64,000 bases of DNA from positions 416,001 to 480,000 of the forward strand of contig CAVPSJ010000004.1 in the NCBI GenBank assembly GCA_963708295.1, read 5' to 3'. Below the pieces are notes generated by a model, which searched no databases, was not told the origin of the DNA, and worked only from the letters and a program-made list of their open reading frames with translations. Both the position numbers and the translations under genes were made by a program. Shown here piece after piece: positions 31,944 through 42,225 of this stretch. Numbering within the stretch: position 1 is the first letter of the stretch; each line of letters opens with the position of its first letter. The stretch comes from an uncultured delta proteobacterium (GTDB lineage Bacteria > Desulfobacterota > BSN033 > UBA1163).

Positions 31944-32453
31944 ATGATCAGAGAACTGGGTTTGAAGAAGCCGAAGATTGATGAGTCGGCGTTTGTGAGT
32001 GAGGCGGCTTACGTGGTTGGGGATGTAGAGATCGGGGAAAACTCGAGCATCTGGCCTGGAGCGGTTTTGAGAGCGGATCGATTCCGCATCCGAATAGGAT
32101 CCAATAGCAATATTCAGGACAACTGTGTCATTCATGCGGGGTTTTCAGACATGACCATAGGAAACAATGTCACCATCGCTCACGGTTCAATGGTCCACTG
32201 CGCCAGAATAGGGAGTAACATATTGATCGGGATGCACGCTGTGCTGGGCGACCAGTCGGAGATTGAGGATTTCTGTATGATCGGCGCTTGTTCAATGGTA
32301 AAAGACCACTTTAAAGTTCCTGCAAAATCTCTCGCTGTGGGAGTTCCGGCCAGAATCGTAAGAGCCCTCGATCATAGAGAGTTGGAGCGGATACTGGATG
32401 GAAGCCGCACCTATGCCGAACTCGCAAAAGAATTTAAAAAGTCCGGACGATGA
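31944..32453 (+). CDS. Gamma carbonic anhydrase family protein
   Basis: Hexapeptide repeats, VLRAD, NIQDNCVIH, IAHG, VH, GVPA. Confidence 0.9.
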   Translation: MIRELGLKKPKIDESAFVSEAAYVVGDVEIGENSSIWPGAVLRADRFRIRIGSNSNIQDNCVIHAGFSDMTIGNNVTIAHGSMVHCARIGSNILIGMHAVLGDQSEIEDFCMIGACSMVKDHFKVPAKSLAVGVPARIVRALDHRELERILDGSRTYAELAKEFKKSGR

Positions 32454-32464
32454 AGTGCCTCTTG

Positions 32465-32608
32465 CTCCCGGGCCTAAAGGCCGGACTTGCCTTCGACCCG
32501 ATCCCCTCGATTGAACTCAGGACCGTATGGGTATCGAAAGGCTTGTCGAAGGAAGCCGGGCCTTCCACCCCACCTTAAGAGGTGGGGCTTCGCGCGGTCA
32601 AACGGGGG
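32465..32608. repeat. Composite hairpin repeat related to 62003-62115
   Basis: ctcccgggcctaaaggccggacttg ... accccaccttaagaggtggggcttcgcgc. Confidence 0.65.
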
Positions 32609-32627
32609 GAGAGTGAAACCACCTCTT

Positions 32628-33878
32628 ATGTCAAGGATAAGCGGAGAGAAAAGGTTTTTCTACGGTTACATCGTGGCCGCCGCAGGGTTTGGTATTTGGC
32701 TGATCGGTTGGGGGACATATACCCCGTCCTTCAGTGTATTCTTCAAACCGTTGTTGGCTGAGTTTGGCTGGTCCCGGGCGGAAACATCACTCGCCTATTC
32801 ACTTTCTTTTCTGGTGCAGGCTGGCGTAGCGATTGTGATGGGCTGGTTGACAGATCGGCTTGGCCCCCGGGTCGTCATGACCGTGTTGGGCTCCTTTCTC
32901 GGAGTATGTTACTTACTGATGTCACAGGTGACCGCTCTATGGCAGTTTCAGATAAATTATGCGCTGGTTGGAGGCATCGGGGTAAGTACCCTCACTGTCC
33001 CTGTCATGGTAACCGTTTCCCGTTGGTTTATCAAAAAGCGCGCGTTGATGATCGGTATTGTCCAAGCAGGAAATGGCGTAGGGGGATTTATCTTTCCTCC
33101 TTTGGCAGGGTGGCTCATACGGGACTATGGTTGGCGTTCTGCGTACGCCATATTCGGTATCATCGCCCTCTCCGGAATAATGATTGCGAGCCTCTTTCTC
33201 AAACGCGACCCGAGAGTTACCGGACAGCTGCCGGATGGGGAAAATGCATCCATCGGGGTAGAAGGAAAGCATTCCAATTCAGGCTTACACGAGACGGGGG
33301 TTTCGCTTCGGGAGGCCATCCACACCCGCCAGTTCTGGATGATCGCAGGAATGTATTGTAGCTTTGGCTTTTGCAGGTCGACCTTTTTGGCCCACCTCCC
33401 TGCTCATGTCCAAGATTTGGGTTTTTCGCTCGCGGACGGAGCGAATGTCTTGGCGGTCATCACCGGGTCAAGTATGTTCAGCAGGATCGGCATGGGGCGC
33501 GTGGCGGACAGAATCGGCAACAGAAAGGCTTTCATGATCAGCTTTGCAGTGACAACGATCAGCCTTCTCTGGGGGTTGGCAGCCAACGACTTGTGGAAGC
33601 TCTATCTTTTTGCCTTTGTTTTTGGTGTCGGATGGGGAAATCAAGCCGTCTTAAGATTCTCCCTAACCTCTGAAGTATTTGGAATCGCCTCTCTTGGCTT
33701 AGTGATGGGAATCTTTGGAGTTGCCGAATCAGTGGCTGCTACCTGCGGGTCATATTTTGCCGGTTACATTTTTGATGTTTTCGGCAGCTATCAGCCCGTT
33801 TTTTGGCTGGGGACGGGTATCTCCTCCATGGGCATTCTATTGGCGTGGCGGTTAAAGCCCGTACTATTTTCCGCTTGA
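32628..33878 (+). CDS. MFS transporter (OFA/MCT-like)
   Basis: About 12 hydrophobic segments; GWLTDRLGPR and GRVADRIGNR motifs. Confidence 0.9.
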   Translation: MSRISGEKRFFYGYIVAAAGFGIWLIGWGTYTPSFSVFFKPLLAEFGWSRAETSLAYSLSFLVQAGVAIVMGWLTDRLGPRVVMTVLGSFLGVCYLLMSQVTALWQFQINYALVGGIGVSTLTVPVMVTVSRWFIKKRALMIGIVQAGNGVGGFIFPPLAGWLIRDYGWRSAYAIFGIIALSGIMIASLFLKRDPRVTGQLPDGENASIGVEGKHSNSGLHETGVSLREAIHTRQFWMIAGMYCSFGFCRSTFLAHLPAHVQDLGFSLADGANVLAVITGSSMFSRIGMGRVADRIGNRKAFMISFAVTTISLLWGLAANDLWKLYLFAFVFGVGWGNQAVLRFSLTSEVFGIASLGLVMGIFGVAESVAATCGSYFAGYIFDVFGSYQPVFWLGTGISSMGILLAWRLKPVLFSA

Positions 33879-33959
33879 AGAAAATAGAAATAATCGGTAT
33901 CCTTAATGATGAAGACATCGGGGCATGCTGCAGGGAAGAGCGTCAAAGGGGAGAATGGC

Positions 33960-34352
33960 ATGAAAAGATACTTCCTAATTTATTCACTAACCCTTCTTCT
34001 GGCCTCTGTCCTCCTTCTATGCGGAACTTGGACTCACGCTGCCACGGAGACGACGGTTGAAGAAATCGTGACGGGTAAAGATTTCTATGAGGGAAAAGAG
34101 GTCTCAGTGACCGGAGCTGTTTCCACCCCAAGATTCAGGGCATCCCGACATCAGAAGCCCTACATGACTTTTCCTCTCCTTGGAGATTCTGGAAGCCGGG
34201 TCAATATCCTTTTCTGGGGAGACATAAAACTAAAGACGGGAAAAAAGATCAAAGTACGGGGCGTCTATCGAAAGGTTATGGAAATGGGAAAGTACACTTT
34301 TCGTGATGTGATCGAGGTAAGTAAAATCGAGGTTGCGGAGTCCTCACAATAA
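33960..34352 (+). CDS. Secreted OB-fold-like protein
   Basis: Signal peptide; TTVEEI..YEGKEVSVTG..; paralog at 51536. Confidence 0.65.
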   Translation: MKRYFLIYSLTLLLASVLLLCGTWTHAATETTVEEIVTGKDFYEGKEVSVTGAVSTPRFRASRHQKPYMTFPLLGDSGSRVNILFWGDIKLKTGKKIKVRGVYRKVMEMGKYTFRDVIEVSKIEVAESSQ

Positions 34353-34463
34353 GGAGTGGCGTGTTTTCGGGGGGAGTACACTGTTTTCAGCAGGATGAAG
34401 AGATAGGCCGGCGGCTGGGTTCAAAGGAGAAGAGAATCGCCATTTTGAAAGAGGAGGGGGGAA

Positions 34464-35144
34464 ATGAAGCTTTTTAACATCCACGTGATTACGTGTAACT
34501 CGGTCAGTGACTTTCACTCGAAATTCAAGAAAGGGATGATGCTCCACATTATCCTGGAGTCCTTCAAGCTTTTTTTCATCGCGGCCATCGCCGTGTTTGT
34601 CCTGATGGAGTACGGAGTGCCTCTTGCCCAAAAGAGCATGCAAACCGACTCCCCCACCGGGATGGGGGAGTTTCTTTCCACCACGAAATCCGCTGATTCC
34701 AGCGTCAAGGAAGTTCTACGCCTGGTGAACATGATCCGGTTGATCACGGAGAATCAGCTCTCCGAAGCTAGAATGTTGAGATATGCCGGTTTGATCTCGC
34801 ATGCTTCCCAGAAACATGGAGTGAACCCCCTTGAGATCATCGCGATCATCATGGCCGAAAGCAATTTCAAGGAGAATAGCGTCAATAAGGAGACCGGCGA
34901 TTATGGTCTTGGGCAGATCAATTGGGAGCACTGGGGCAAAGATTTTGGCTTGATGCCCCACCAACTTCTGGATCCATCGATCAACATCTTCTTAACCTGC
35001 CATGTCTATAAGTTCTTCGGGAAGGATTTCGGAAAATACCATCGGGGAAGCGGCATCCAATCCAACGCTTACCTGGTGAACGTCAGGAGTATCCTTTCTA
35101 CTTTGAATGCCTTTGTCGAAGAAAACAAGGAGAATATCTCCTGA
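34464..35144 (+). CDS. Membrane-anchored SLT lytic transglycosylase-like protein
   Basis: AIIMAESNF, GDYGLGQIN, LLDPSINI. Confidence 0.82.
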   Translation: MKLFNIHVITCNSVSDFHSKFKKGMMLHIILESFKLFFIAAIAVFVLMEYGVPLAQKSMQTDSPTGMGEFLSTTKSADSSVKEVLRLVNMIRLITENQLSEARMLRYAGLISHASQKHGVNPLEIIAIIMAESNFKENSVNKETGDYGLGQINWEHWGKDFGLMPHQLLDPSINIFLTCHVYKFFGKDFGKYHRGSGIQSNAYLVNVRSILSTLNAFVEENKENIS

Positions 35145-35149
35145 AAAAA

Positions 35150-35190
35150 AGCTCCGGGAAAATACGCTCATTGAACTTCTCCCCGGAGCT
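35150..35190. terminator. Hairpin between convergent genes
   Basis: AGCTCCGGG...CCCGGAGCT preceded by an A-run. Confidence 0.5.
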
Positions 35191-35214
35191 CTCGATTGCG
35201 TTTGCTAATTCGGC

Positions 35215-35730
35215 TTAATCGCCGTGTCTGCCGCCTCCTTTATCGTGGCCGTGCCGGTCAGGTTCCCGTCTCTCCTCTCCATGCCACTCCCTCCCTCCAT
35301 GCTTTTCCCAGTACTTATCCCTTTCCCATGTCTTCCAGTTCTTTTTGACATCCCTATACGGGAGGTGCCGATGGCCCTGGGGGACATGACGAAAATCGGG
35401 TGGCACATTGATGACGGAACGAGGCACTTTCTTGGGGGAAAGGTAAACCCACTTGCCATTGTAAGTTTTGGATCGATACCAATGTCCTCGATGGGGACGA
35501 TACCAGTACCCCTGGTAGAAGAAGACATCTACGTCCACGTCAGGGGCAAAGTAGACATAGGTCCGGGGGATGACGAACATGGGAGGGGGTGCGGGAACCA
35601 CAAGGGGGGGTGGCGGAGGCACGCTGATCCCGACATTGACGTTCACTCCCGCAGAGCCTCTATCGAAGGGGCCCATCAGCGCCAGAAGCGTTGTTCCAAC
35701 CAGTAACGTCATGAATATCGCTTTTTTCAT
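35215..35730 (-). CDS. Secreted Pro/Tyr/Trp/His-rich hypothetical protein
   Basis: Signal peptide, GVNVNVGISVPPPPP, FFYQGYWYRPHRGHWY. Confidence 0.7.
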   Translation of the reverse strand: MKKAIFMTLLVGTTLLALMGPFDRGSAGVNVNVGISVPPPPPLVVPAPPPMFVIPRTYVYFAPDVDVDVFFYQGYWYRPHRGHWYRSKTYNGKWVYLSPKKVPRSVINVPPDFRHVPQGHRHLPYRDVKKNWKTWERDKYWEKHGGREWHGEERREPDRHGHDKGGGRHGD

Positions 35731-35986
35731 AAAATGACCTCCCTTCACGGTTGCCCGGAACCATGGCATGTCGCGAGTATTGTCAAGGCCAACGGGCAGA
35801 TTGACAGATTTCTTTCCAGGGACAGCTCACGACTTTTATTTTTTGCAGAAAGATCTTATTCTGCAAATCACTTCCCCTACCGAAAGAAATTGAGTGCTGG
35901 AATTTTAACACAACGAAAACGGACATACAATATTGCTAATTGAGTTGCATCTATCATCGGAAATTAGCCAGCGGAATTAGCCGGCA

Positions 35987-36904
35987 TTAAGATCCCTTTC
36001 GCCTGATCATAACGATTGACAAGGCCATGATTACAAGAATGAGGGCGGCGATCTCTCCAGCGCCGACCGGCTCTCCAAGGACCACAGCACTGCTAAGAAC
36101 ACCGATGACTGGAATAGCCAGTGTGCCGATAGATGCCACGCTTGCAGGAAACAGGTGGACCACCTTAATCCATGCCCAAAAGCAAAGAATATTGCCTATC
36201 AAAATGACGTAACCCGTAGCCAGGGCGGCCCGCCAAGACACGTGCAAGAGAACCGTCACGGGTTCCAGAACGAATGCTCCGATGATCACCGGAATGCCTC
36301 CTAAAATCAGCTGCCACCCCGTCAGGACGGTGATCGGCATGGTCCAACGAAAATATTTCAGGAGGACTGTCCCCCCGGCCCAGGTCACGGCAGCTCCAAG
36401 CATAAAGATGGCTCCCAGTGGAGCGGAGCCGAGGACTCTGATGTCCGGACCGATGAGAATCAATAACCCGGCGATCCCCAGCAAAAGCCCGATCAGGCGT
36501 GCCAGTGTCAATCGCTCACCCAAAAGAAAGATGCTTAGAATGGACGCCCAGACCGGCATGGTGTATCCGATAATCACGGCCCGTCCTGCGTCCATATAGA
36601 TGAGACCATAGCCAGAGCAGAGATGCCACCCCGTGACATTCAAGAGTGAAACCAGAAGAAGGGGCCAACGCTCCGATCTCGGGATCGTGAGCATCAAACC
36701 ATTGGCCTTTGCGATGCAGAGGACGCCGAATCCTCCTAAAAGCAGACAGAGGGTGCGGAATGTCCAGACCGGAATTTCCCTCAGCCCCATTTTCATCAAT
36801 GGCCAGTTGGTGCCCCAGAAGACAGAGAGGAACACAAGCAAAACAAGCCCGAATTGGGGCAGCGTCCGAGTTACATTTGGTTTAGGTTTTATCGGATGAA
36901 TCAT
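35987..36904 (-). CDS. DMT/EamA family transporter
   Basis: FWGTNWP, YTMPVW..LGERL, about 10 TM segments, LGEP. Confidence 0.9.
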   Translation of the reverse strand: MIHPIKPKPNVTRTLPQFGLVLLVFLSVFWGTNWPLMKMGLREIPVWTFRTLCLLLGGFGVLCIAKANGLMLTIPRSERWPLLLVSLLNVTGWHLCSGYGLIYMDAGRAVIIGYTMPVWASILSIFLLGERLTLARLIGLLLGIAGLLILIGPDIRVLGSAPLGAIFMLGAAVTWAGGTVLLKYFRWTMPITVLTGWQLILGGIPVIIGAFVLEPVTVLLHVSWRAALATGYVILIGNILCFWAWIKVVHLFPASVASIGTLAIPVIGVLSSAVVLGEPVGAGEIAALILVIMALSIVMIRRKGS

Positions 36905-37043
36905 TTCAGGAAGACACTCCACCGCCCTATGGTAACGACAGGGGATCGGAATTTCAATAGCTCTAAGGATCTTGCTCCCCTAGGTTTCCTTCTGTGGACA
37001 AAATATTATCGACACGAAAGCCTTTATTTCAGGAACCGGGTCA

Positions 37044-37228
37044 TCCTTCGCCCGCGATCGGGGTGGGTCCCCGAAGAGGCTTCATCGGCCCAACCGCTTC
37101 AGGTTTTGCTGAATGAGTTTGAAGGGGGACGAGTGGGTTTCAATGTCATGACGAGCCTTTGTCCGGATTACCCTCAACGCGGGCCTTATGAAGCCTCGGA
37201 GGGGATTTACCCTGGTCGCGGGCAAGGA
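37044..37228 (+). ncRNA. Candidate structured RNA (or hairpin-type MITE), family unknown
   Basis: 43-bp closing helix with 5 G-U pairs plus inner stems with further G-U pairs, all on the + strand. Confidence 0.5.
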
Positions 37229-37298
37229 AAAGCTGGGGGGGGGGACAAGCTCTCAGAAGGGCTTAAGAATTGAACGAAAGAACATTCTCGGGGAGGCC

Positions 37299-39434
37299 TT
37301 ATTTTCCAATGAGGACAGTCGTGCTTCTTGCGTTGGCGAGATAGTGTTCGGATGGATCAATCCGTATCTCATTACCGGGGCTGAGAAAGTCTTCCCCGCT
37401 CTTGAGGCTTGTGTCAATGACCCGATACCACTTCTTGCCGTTCGAAAGCCGAGGAAGGCTGATCGATTGTGTATTGAAGTCAGCATTCAGGATGAAGAAA
37501 AGATGATAGTCACCCAGTTGGGATTTCTCTTCGCCTCCGTCGAGCTGGAAGCATAAGGTCCGCAGTTGAGGATCATTCCAGGGAGGCTTCCCAAGATCTT
37601 TCCCAAACCAAGAGAGGTCAGGGATAGTATCGACGTCCAAATCCTCGCCAAGGAAGAATTTTCTTCTCTGAAGGATCGTGCACCTTTTCTGAAATGCAAT
37701 CGCTTTTTTGAAAAAATCGAGGATATCGGAATTTTTTTCGACCTGCTCCCACTGAAACCAGCTGATCTCGTTGTCCTGGCAATAAGCATTGTTATTACCC
37801 TTCTGTGTCCTCATGAATTCATCACCGCCGAGGGTCATCGGCGTGCCGCATGAAAAAAGGAGATAACAGAAATAATTCTTCATGAGTTGCTTTCTCAGGT
37901 GAATGACACGAGGATCGCTTGTCTCTCCTTCAAAACCGCTGTTCCATGAGTGGTTGTCATCGGACCCATCCCGGTTACCTTCAAGATTCGCCTCATTGTG
38001 TTTTCCGTTATACGAGACAAGGTCGTTGAGCGTGAGACCGTCGTGACAGGTGACGAAGTTGATGCTGTTATAGGCAGACCGTCCGTCATCTCCGTAGAGG
38101 TCGGCAGATCCTGTGAGTCTCCATCCGAGATCCCTTCCCTGCCCTCCATCCCCCTTGCCGAATTTCCGGACGGTATCCCTAAATCTGCCATTCCATTCCG
38201 ACCAGTCCAAAGGGAAGTTCCCCACCTGATAGCTCCCGATGTCCCAGGGTTCAGCAATCAACTTTACCCTGTTCAATACAGGGTCCTGCGCGATCGCGTC
38301 GAAAAAGGAAGCGGATTTCTGGAAGAGACCCTCCTCGCGGCCTAGGACGGAGGCAAGGTCGAACCGGAAACCATCCACATGCATCACTTCAACCCAATAA
38401 CGAAGAGAATCCATGACAAATCGAATGACATGGGGGTTGGCAAGATTAAGGCTGTTTCCGCACCCCGAATAGTTCATATAATAACGGTAAGGCTCCGTGG
38501 ACGTCCCTGACAGGAGGTAGTAAGTCGGGTTATCGATCCCCTTAAAACAGAGGGTGGGCCCAAGCTCGTTGCCTTCGCCCGAGTGATTGTAAACCACGTC
38601 CAGGATGATCTCGATGCCTGCCCGATGAAGCTCTCGTACCAGGGTCTTGAATTCCCTCACCTGACAGCCGGGGGATTTTCTCGTGCTGTAGGAGGATTCA
38701 GGGGCAAAAAAACCGATGGTGTTATATCCCCAATAATTGGTCAGCCCTTTCTGGATGAGAGAATCTTCAACATAAAATTCATGGAGGGGAAGGAACTCGA
38801 CCGCATTGATTCCCAGCTCTCTGAGGTAAGGAATCTTCTCGATAAAGCCGAGGTAGGTTCCCGGATTTCTGGCGCCCGACGACCGATGGGCGGTAAACCC
38901 TTTCAAATGCACTTCATAGATAATCAATTCGTGGAGGGGAGTATCCGGAGGGGCATCCCCCTGCCATTCGAAACGATCCTCCACGACGATGGACTTTGGG
39001 ACCCTAGAGGTATTGTCACGTCCGTCCAGGGAGAGGTCTTTCATGGGTGAATTTGGATCATACGCGAGAAGGAGATTCTCCGCGTTCTCAAATTTTCCTG
39101 TGAGCGCTTTAGCATAAGGGTCGATCAAAAGCTTGTGATCATTGAACCGCAAGCCGTGCGAAGGATTGAACTCTCCCTTGAGCTTGTATCCGTAAAGTTG
39201 ACCTCCCTTTAACCCGTGAACAAACGTATACCATACATACTTCGTACGATTTCTTAATGGGATGATATCGGTGGGCTCACCCTCCGGTTTATCAAATAAG
39301 AGGAGAAAGACCTGGCCGGCATATTGTGAATAGATCGCAAAATTGACACCGTCTTCGCATACGGTGGCGCCCAGGGGATAATACTTCCCGTCTGAAACCC
39401 GTCTCTTCGTCTTGTGCTCTAAAGGGTACGGCAT
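37299..39434 (-). CDS. glgX: Glycogen debranching enzyme GlgX
   Basis: YPLGAT, LIDPYAKA, NYWGYNT, DVVYNH, DGFRFDLA, AEPWD, NFVTCHDG, GNNNAYCQDN. Confidence 0.96.
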   Translation of the reverse strand: MPYPLEHKTKRRVSDGKYYPLGATVCEDGVNFAIYSQYAGQVFLLLFDKPEGEPTDIIPLRNRTKYVWYTFVHGLKGGQLYGYKLKGEFNPSHGLRFNDHKLLIDPYAKALTGKFENAENLLLAYDPNSPMKDLSLDGRDNTSRVPKSIVVEDRFEWQGDAPPDTPLHELIIYEVHLKGFTAHRSSGARNPGTYLGFIEKIPYLRELGINAVEFLPLHEFYVEDSLIQKGLTNYWGYNTIGFFAPESSYSTRKSPGCQVREFKTLVRELHRAGIEIILDVVYNHSGEGNELGPTLCFKGIDNPTYYLLSGTSTEPYRYYMNYSGCGNSLNLANPHVIRFVMDSLRYWVEVMHVDGFRFDLASVLGREEGLFQKSASFFDAIAQDPVLNRVKLIAEPWDIGSYQVGNFPLDWSEWNGRFRDTVRKFGKGDGGQGRDLGWRLTGSADLYGDDGRSAYNSINFVTCHDGLTLNDLVSYNGKHNEANLEGNRDGSDDNHSWNSGFEGETSDPRVIHLRKQLMKNYFCYLLFSCGTPMTLGGDEFMRTQKGNNNAYCQDNEISWFQWEQVEKNSDILDFFKKAIAFQKRCTILQRRKFFLGEDLDVDTIPDLSWFGKDLGKPPWNDPQLRTLCFQLDGGEEKSQLGDYHLFFILNADFNTQSISLPRLSNGKKWYRVIDTSLKSGEDFLSPGNEIRIDPSEHYLANARSTTVLIGK

Positions 39435-39525
39435 CTCCGGGGATTCTTCTTCCTAGAACTTTGACTCAGATTGATCCAGGCCTGTTTTGAGTTTATGAAA
39501 ATTGGCGAGATCGGTCAAGCTAAAA

Positions 39526-39595
39526 CCTTCACTCCCCCCTCGTCCCCTTCAGCGCCTGTCCGGCCGCTGGAAGGAACGGGGGACGGGAGGGGTGA
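39526..39595. repeat. CCC/GGG-rich REP-like hairpin
   Basis: ttcactccccctcgtccccttc...gaaggaacgggggacgggaggggtgaa. Confidence 0.6.
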
Positions 39596-39606
39596 AAAGT
39601 TCTATT

Positions 39607-41237
39607 CTAATTTCCCAATATAGCCTTTAGTCCTGATCCGGCGTTGAGATGGGTTGGATATTAAAGTTATCAACCAGCACCTTTCAAAACATTCGGCGAA
39701 ATAAAGGCCGGAAGTGATGGACCTAACTTAATGTTCTTTATACCCAGATAGAGAAGGGTGAGAAGAATGGCCACGGCCTTCTGTTCGTACCAGGAAAGGA
39801 TCAGAGAAAGGGGCAGGTCATTGACGCCCACGTTGAAGGCCTTGGACAAGGCGACGGCAATCTGAACGGCAGAGTAGGCATCGTTGCACTGGCCTACGTC
39901 TAAGAGCCTCGGGATGCCTCCAATATTCCCAAGATCTTTATCAAAGAATCGGAATTTGCCACAGGCCAGGGTAAGAACAATACAGTCCTTTGGGACTTTT
40001 TCTACGAATTCGGTGTAATAGTTCCGGCCAGCCTTTGCACCATCGCAACCGCCTACGAGGAAGAAGTGCCGGATGGCTTTTCCTTTTACTGCCTCAATTA
40101 CCTTGTCTGCAACGCTCATGACCGTATTTCTTGCAAAGCCGACCATGACGGAGCGGCCATTTCTATCTTCCGTAAAACCAGGCATGGCCAGGGCCTTATC
40201 GATGACGGGTTTGAAGTTTCGATCCGAGATATGGGGTACTCCCGGCCATCCGACAGTGCCACTCGTGAAGACATTCCCTTTGTAAGTATCTCTGGGTTTC
40301 TGGAGACAGTTGGTGGTCATCAGGATGGCTCCAGGAAAATCGGCGAATTCCTTGGCCTGATTCTGCCAGGCTGTCCCATAATGGCCGTAAAAATGGGTGT
40401 ACTTCTTCAATCCTGGATATCCATGAGTAGGAAGCATTTCACCGTGGGTATAAATGAAGATACCCTTGCCTTCGGTCTGCTTGAGAAGTTCCTCCAGATC
40501 CCTGAGATCGTGGCCTGAAACCAGGATGGCCTTTCCCTTTTTGGTTCCGAGGGGAACCTGGGTAGGAACGGGATGCCCATAGGTCCCTGTATTGCCAGCA
40601 TCAAGAAGCTCCATGGCCCTGAGATTGATCTCGCCGCACTTGAGGACGAGCCCCACCCAGTCGTTCAAGGACAGGTCCTTTCTCAGGGTTGCAGCGAGAC
40701 CTTCGTGAATGAAGGCATAGACCTTATCATCCTCCTGCCCAAGAATCTGGGCATGATCTGCATAGGCAGCAACTCCCTTAAGGCCAAAGATGCAGGATAT
40801 GTTGGAGAGATAGGATATCCGGATCGACGGTAGGATCGGATTTGAGCCCCACTGCTTCTCCCTGTTTTACCAGTTCCTGTACGTTGGCTGCTGGCTTAAA
40901 CGTAGCCGGGCCTTCAGGAAAATCGACCTTTCCTTTTGCAGCCCTTACTTTTTCTTTCAGATTATCCCTCAGGGTCACACACCGCTGAATCATTTGAACA
41001 AAGCGAGCCGGATCGAAATTGACATTTGTTAAGGTGGAAAAGATGGCTCGACCGTAAAAACATTTACTTCCCGGTCAATGACCCCCACTTTCGACCTTCC
41101 ACCGCATACAGGGACAATCCTTTGAGTGCGTAAATAAGAAGATCCTGAAGGGTCGCTACATCCGGTTCCTTCCCGCAAACCCCGATCTTTGTACATCCTT
41201 CGCCTTTTGCCGTTTGCTCACACTGGTAACAAAACAT
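39607..41237 (-). CDS. hcp: Hybrid cluster protein (hydroxylamine reductase), several apparent frameshifts
   Basis: [23 protein letters not shown] from ATG 41237; [37 protein letters not shown]. Confidence 0.94.
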
Positions 41238-41323
41238 TATTTCTCCTCCTTTTTATGAGATTTTATTGATCGCCGGCCTTTAAGATATTTTCCATTCCTA
41301 CCGTCCTCCAACGATCTGACTCA

Positions 41324-41366
41324 AGTATAATATTTGCCAATCCACTTGTGTTTGACCTAGGTCAAA
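41324..41366 (-). promoter_or_regulatory. hcp promoter with CRP/FNR-family (HcpR-type) site
   Basis: Perfect palindrome TTTGACCTAGGTCAAA (41351-41366) centred at -41.5 from the start site inferred from -10 TATACT (41329-41324). Confidence 0.8.
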
Positions 41367-41742
41367 GAAGTGAAAATTTTTCTTCCTCCTGGAGACGTTG
41401 CCATCATCAGTAGAAATCGCCTGACTTCTTGGCAATTTTACGCCTATTTTCATGATAAGCCAACCTATTAAGAAAGGTAAATGGGGTCGAGCAAGTATTC
41501 TTTTGGCTAAAAACACCGTATTCTTGGTTCAAAACCTTTACGATATCGCTCTCATGCTGAGATTTTTTCAGCATCTCTCATTTTTGATAACCCATCGATC
41601 CAGGGACGAAGTGAGAACGAATATGAATCAACGAGTTCAGGATGACGATGACGGATGAGGGACGTTGATTATTGGTTTGAGCATCCACTGAGTTTGTGTT
41701 AATTTGGAGCGATGACAAAGCTCAGAAAGGAGGCTCACGGAT

Positions 41743-42225
41743 ATGTTTGAAACGATCAGATTCAAGCTCAATCGTAAACCGACGGTGATGACGATAGACG
41801 GAGAGCGAAAGCTTTTATGGGTGCTGCGTTCCGATTTTGGCCTCACCGGAACAAAGTATGGTTGCGGAGAGGGACTCTGCGGAGCCTGTACCGTCTTGAT
41901 TAACAACAAGGCGACCCGCTCGTGTCAGCTTCCGGTGAGAGAGATCAAAGGGAAAGAAGTGATCACCATTGAAGGGCTGGCGAGGGCCGGAAATCTCCAC
42001 CCGCTCCAGAAGGCCTTTATAGACCACGATGCCCTCCAATGCGGCTTTTGTACTCCGGGAATGATTCTGAGCGCCTATAGCCTGCTTCTGGAGAAGCCAA
42101 AACCTACGGAAGCAGAAATCATCGAGGGGATGAACGAAAACCTGTGCCGCTGTGGAGCTCACCTTCGGATTGTCCAGGCGATTCAACACGCCGCCCAGGA
42201 AATGGCGGGAGGAGGAAAAGGATGA
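41743..42225 (+). CDS. Mo-hydroxylase small (2Fe-2S) subunit, copy 1 (IorA/CoxS-like)
   Basis: GTKYGCGEGLCGACTV, QCGFCTPG, NLCRCG. Confidence 0.93.
   Translation: MFETIRFKLNRKPTVMTIDGERKLLWVLRSDFGLTGTKYGCGEGLCGACTVLINNKATRSCQLPVREIKGKEVITIEGLARAGNLHPLQKAFIDHDALQCGFCTPGMILSAYSLLLEKPKPTEAEIIEGMNENLCRCGAHLRIVQAIQHAAQEMAGGGKG

Noticed and set aside
37108-37117. CTGAATGAG as a hammerhead ribozyme core
   Set aside because: It has an extra base relative to CUGANGA and no GAAA partner in the right position.
36854-37273. 139-aa ORF across the structured region
   Set aside because: TTG start, overlap with the DMT gene and no recognisable motif; structure explains the sequence better.
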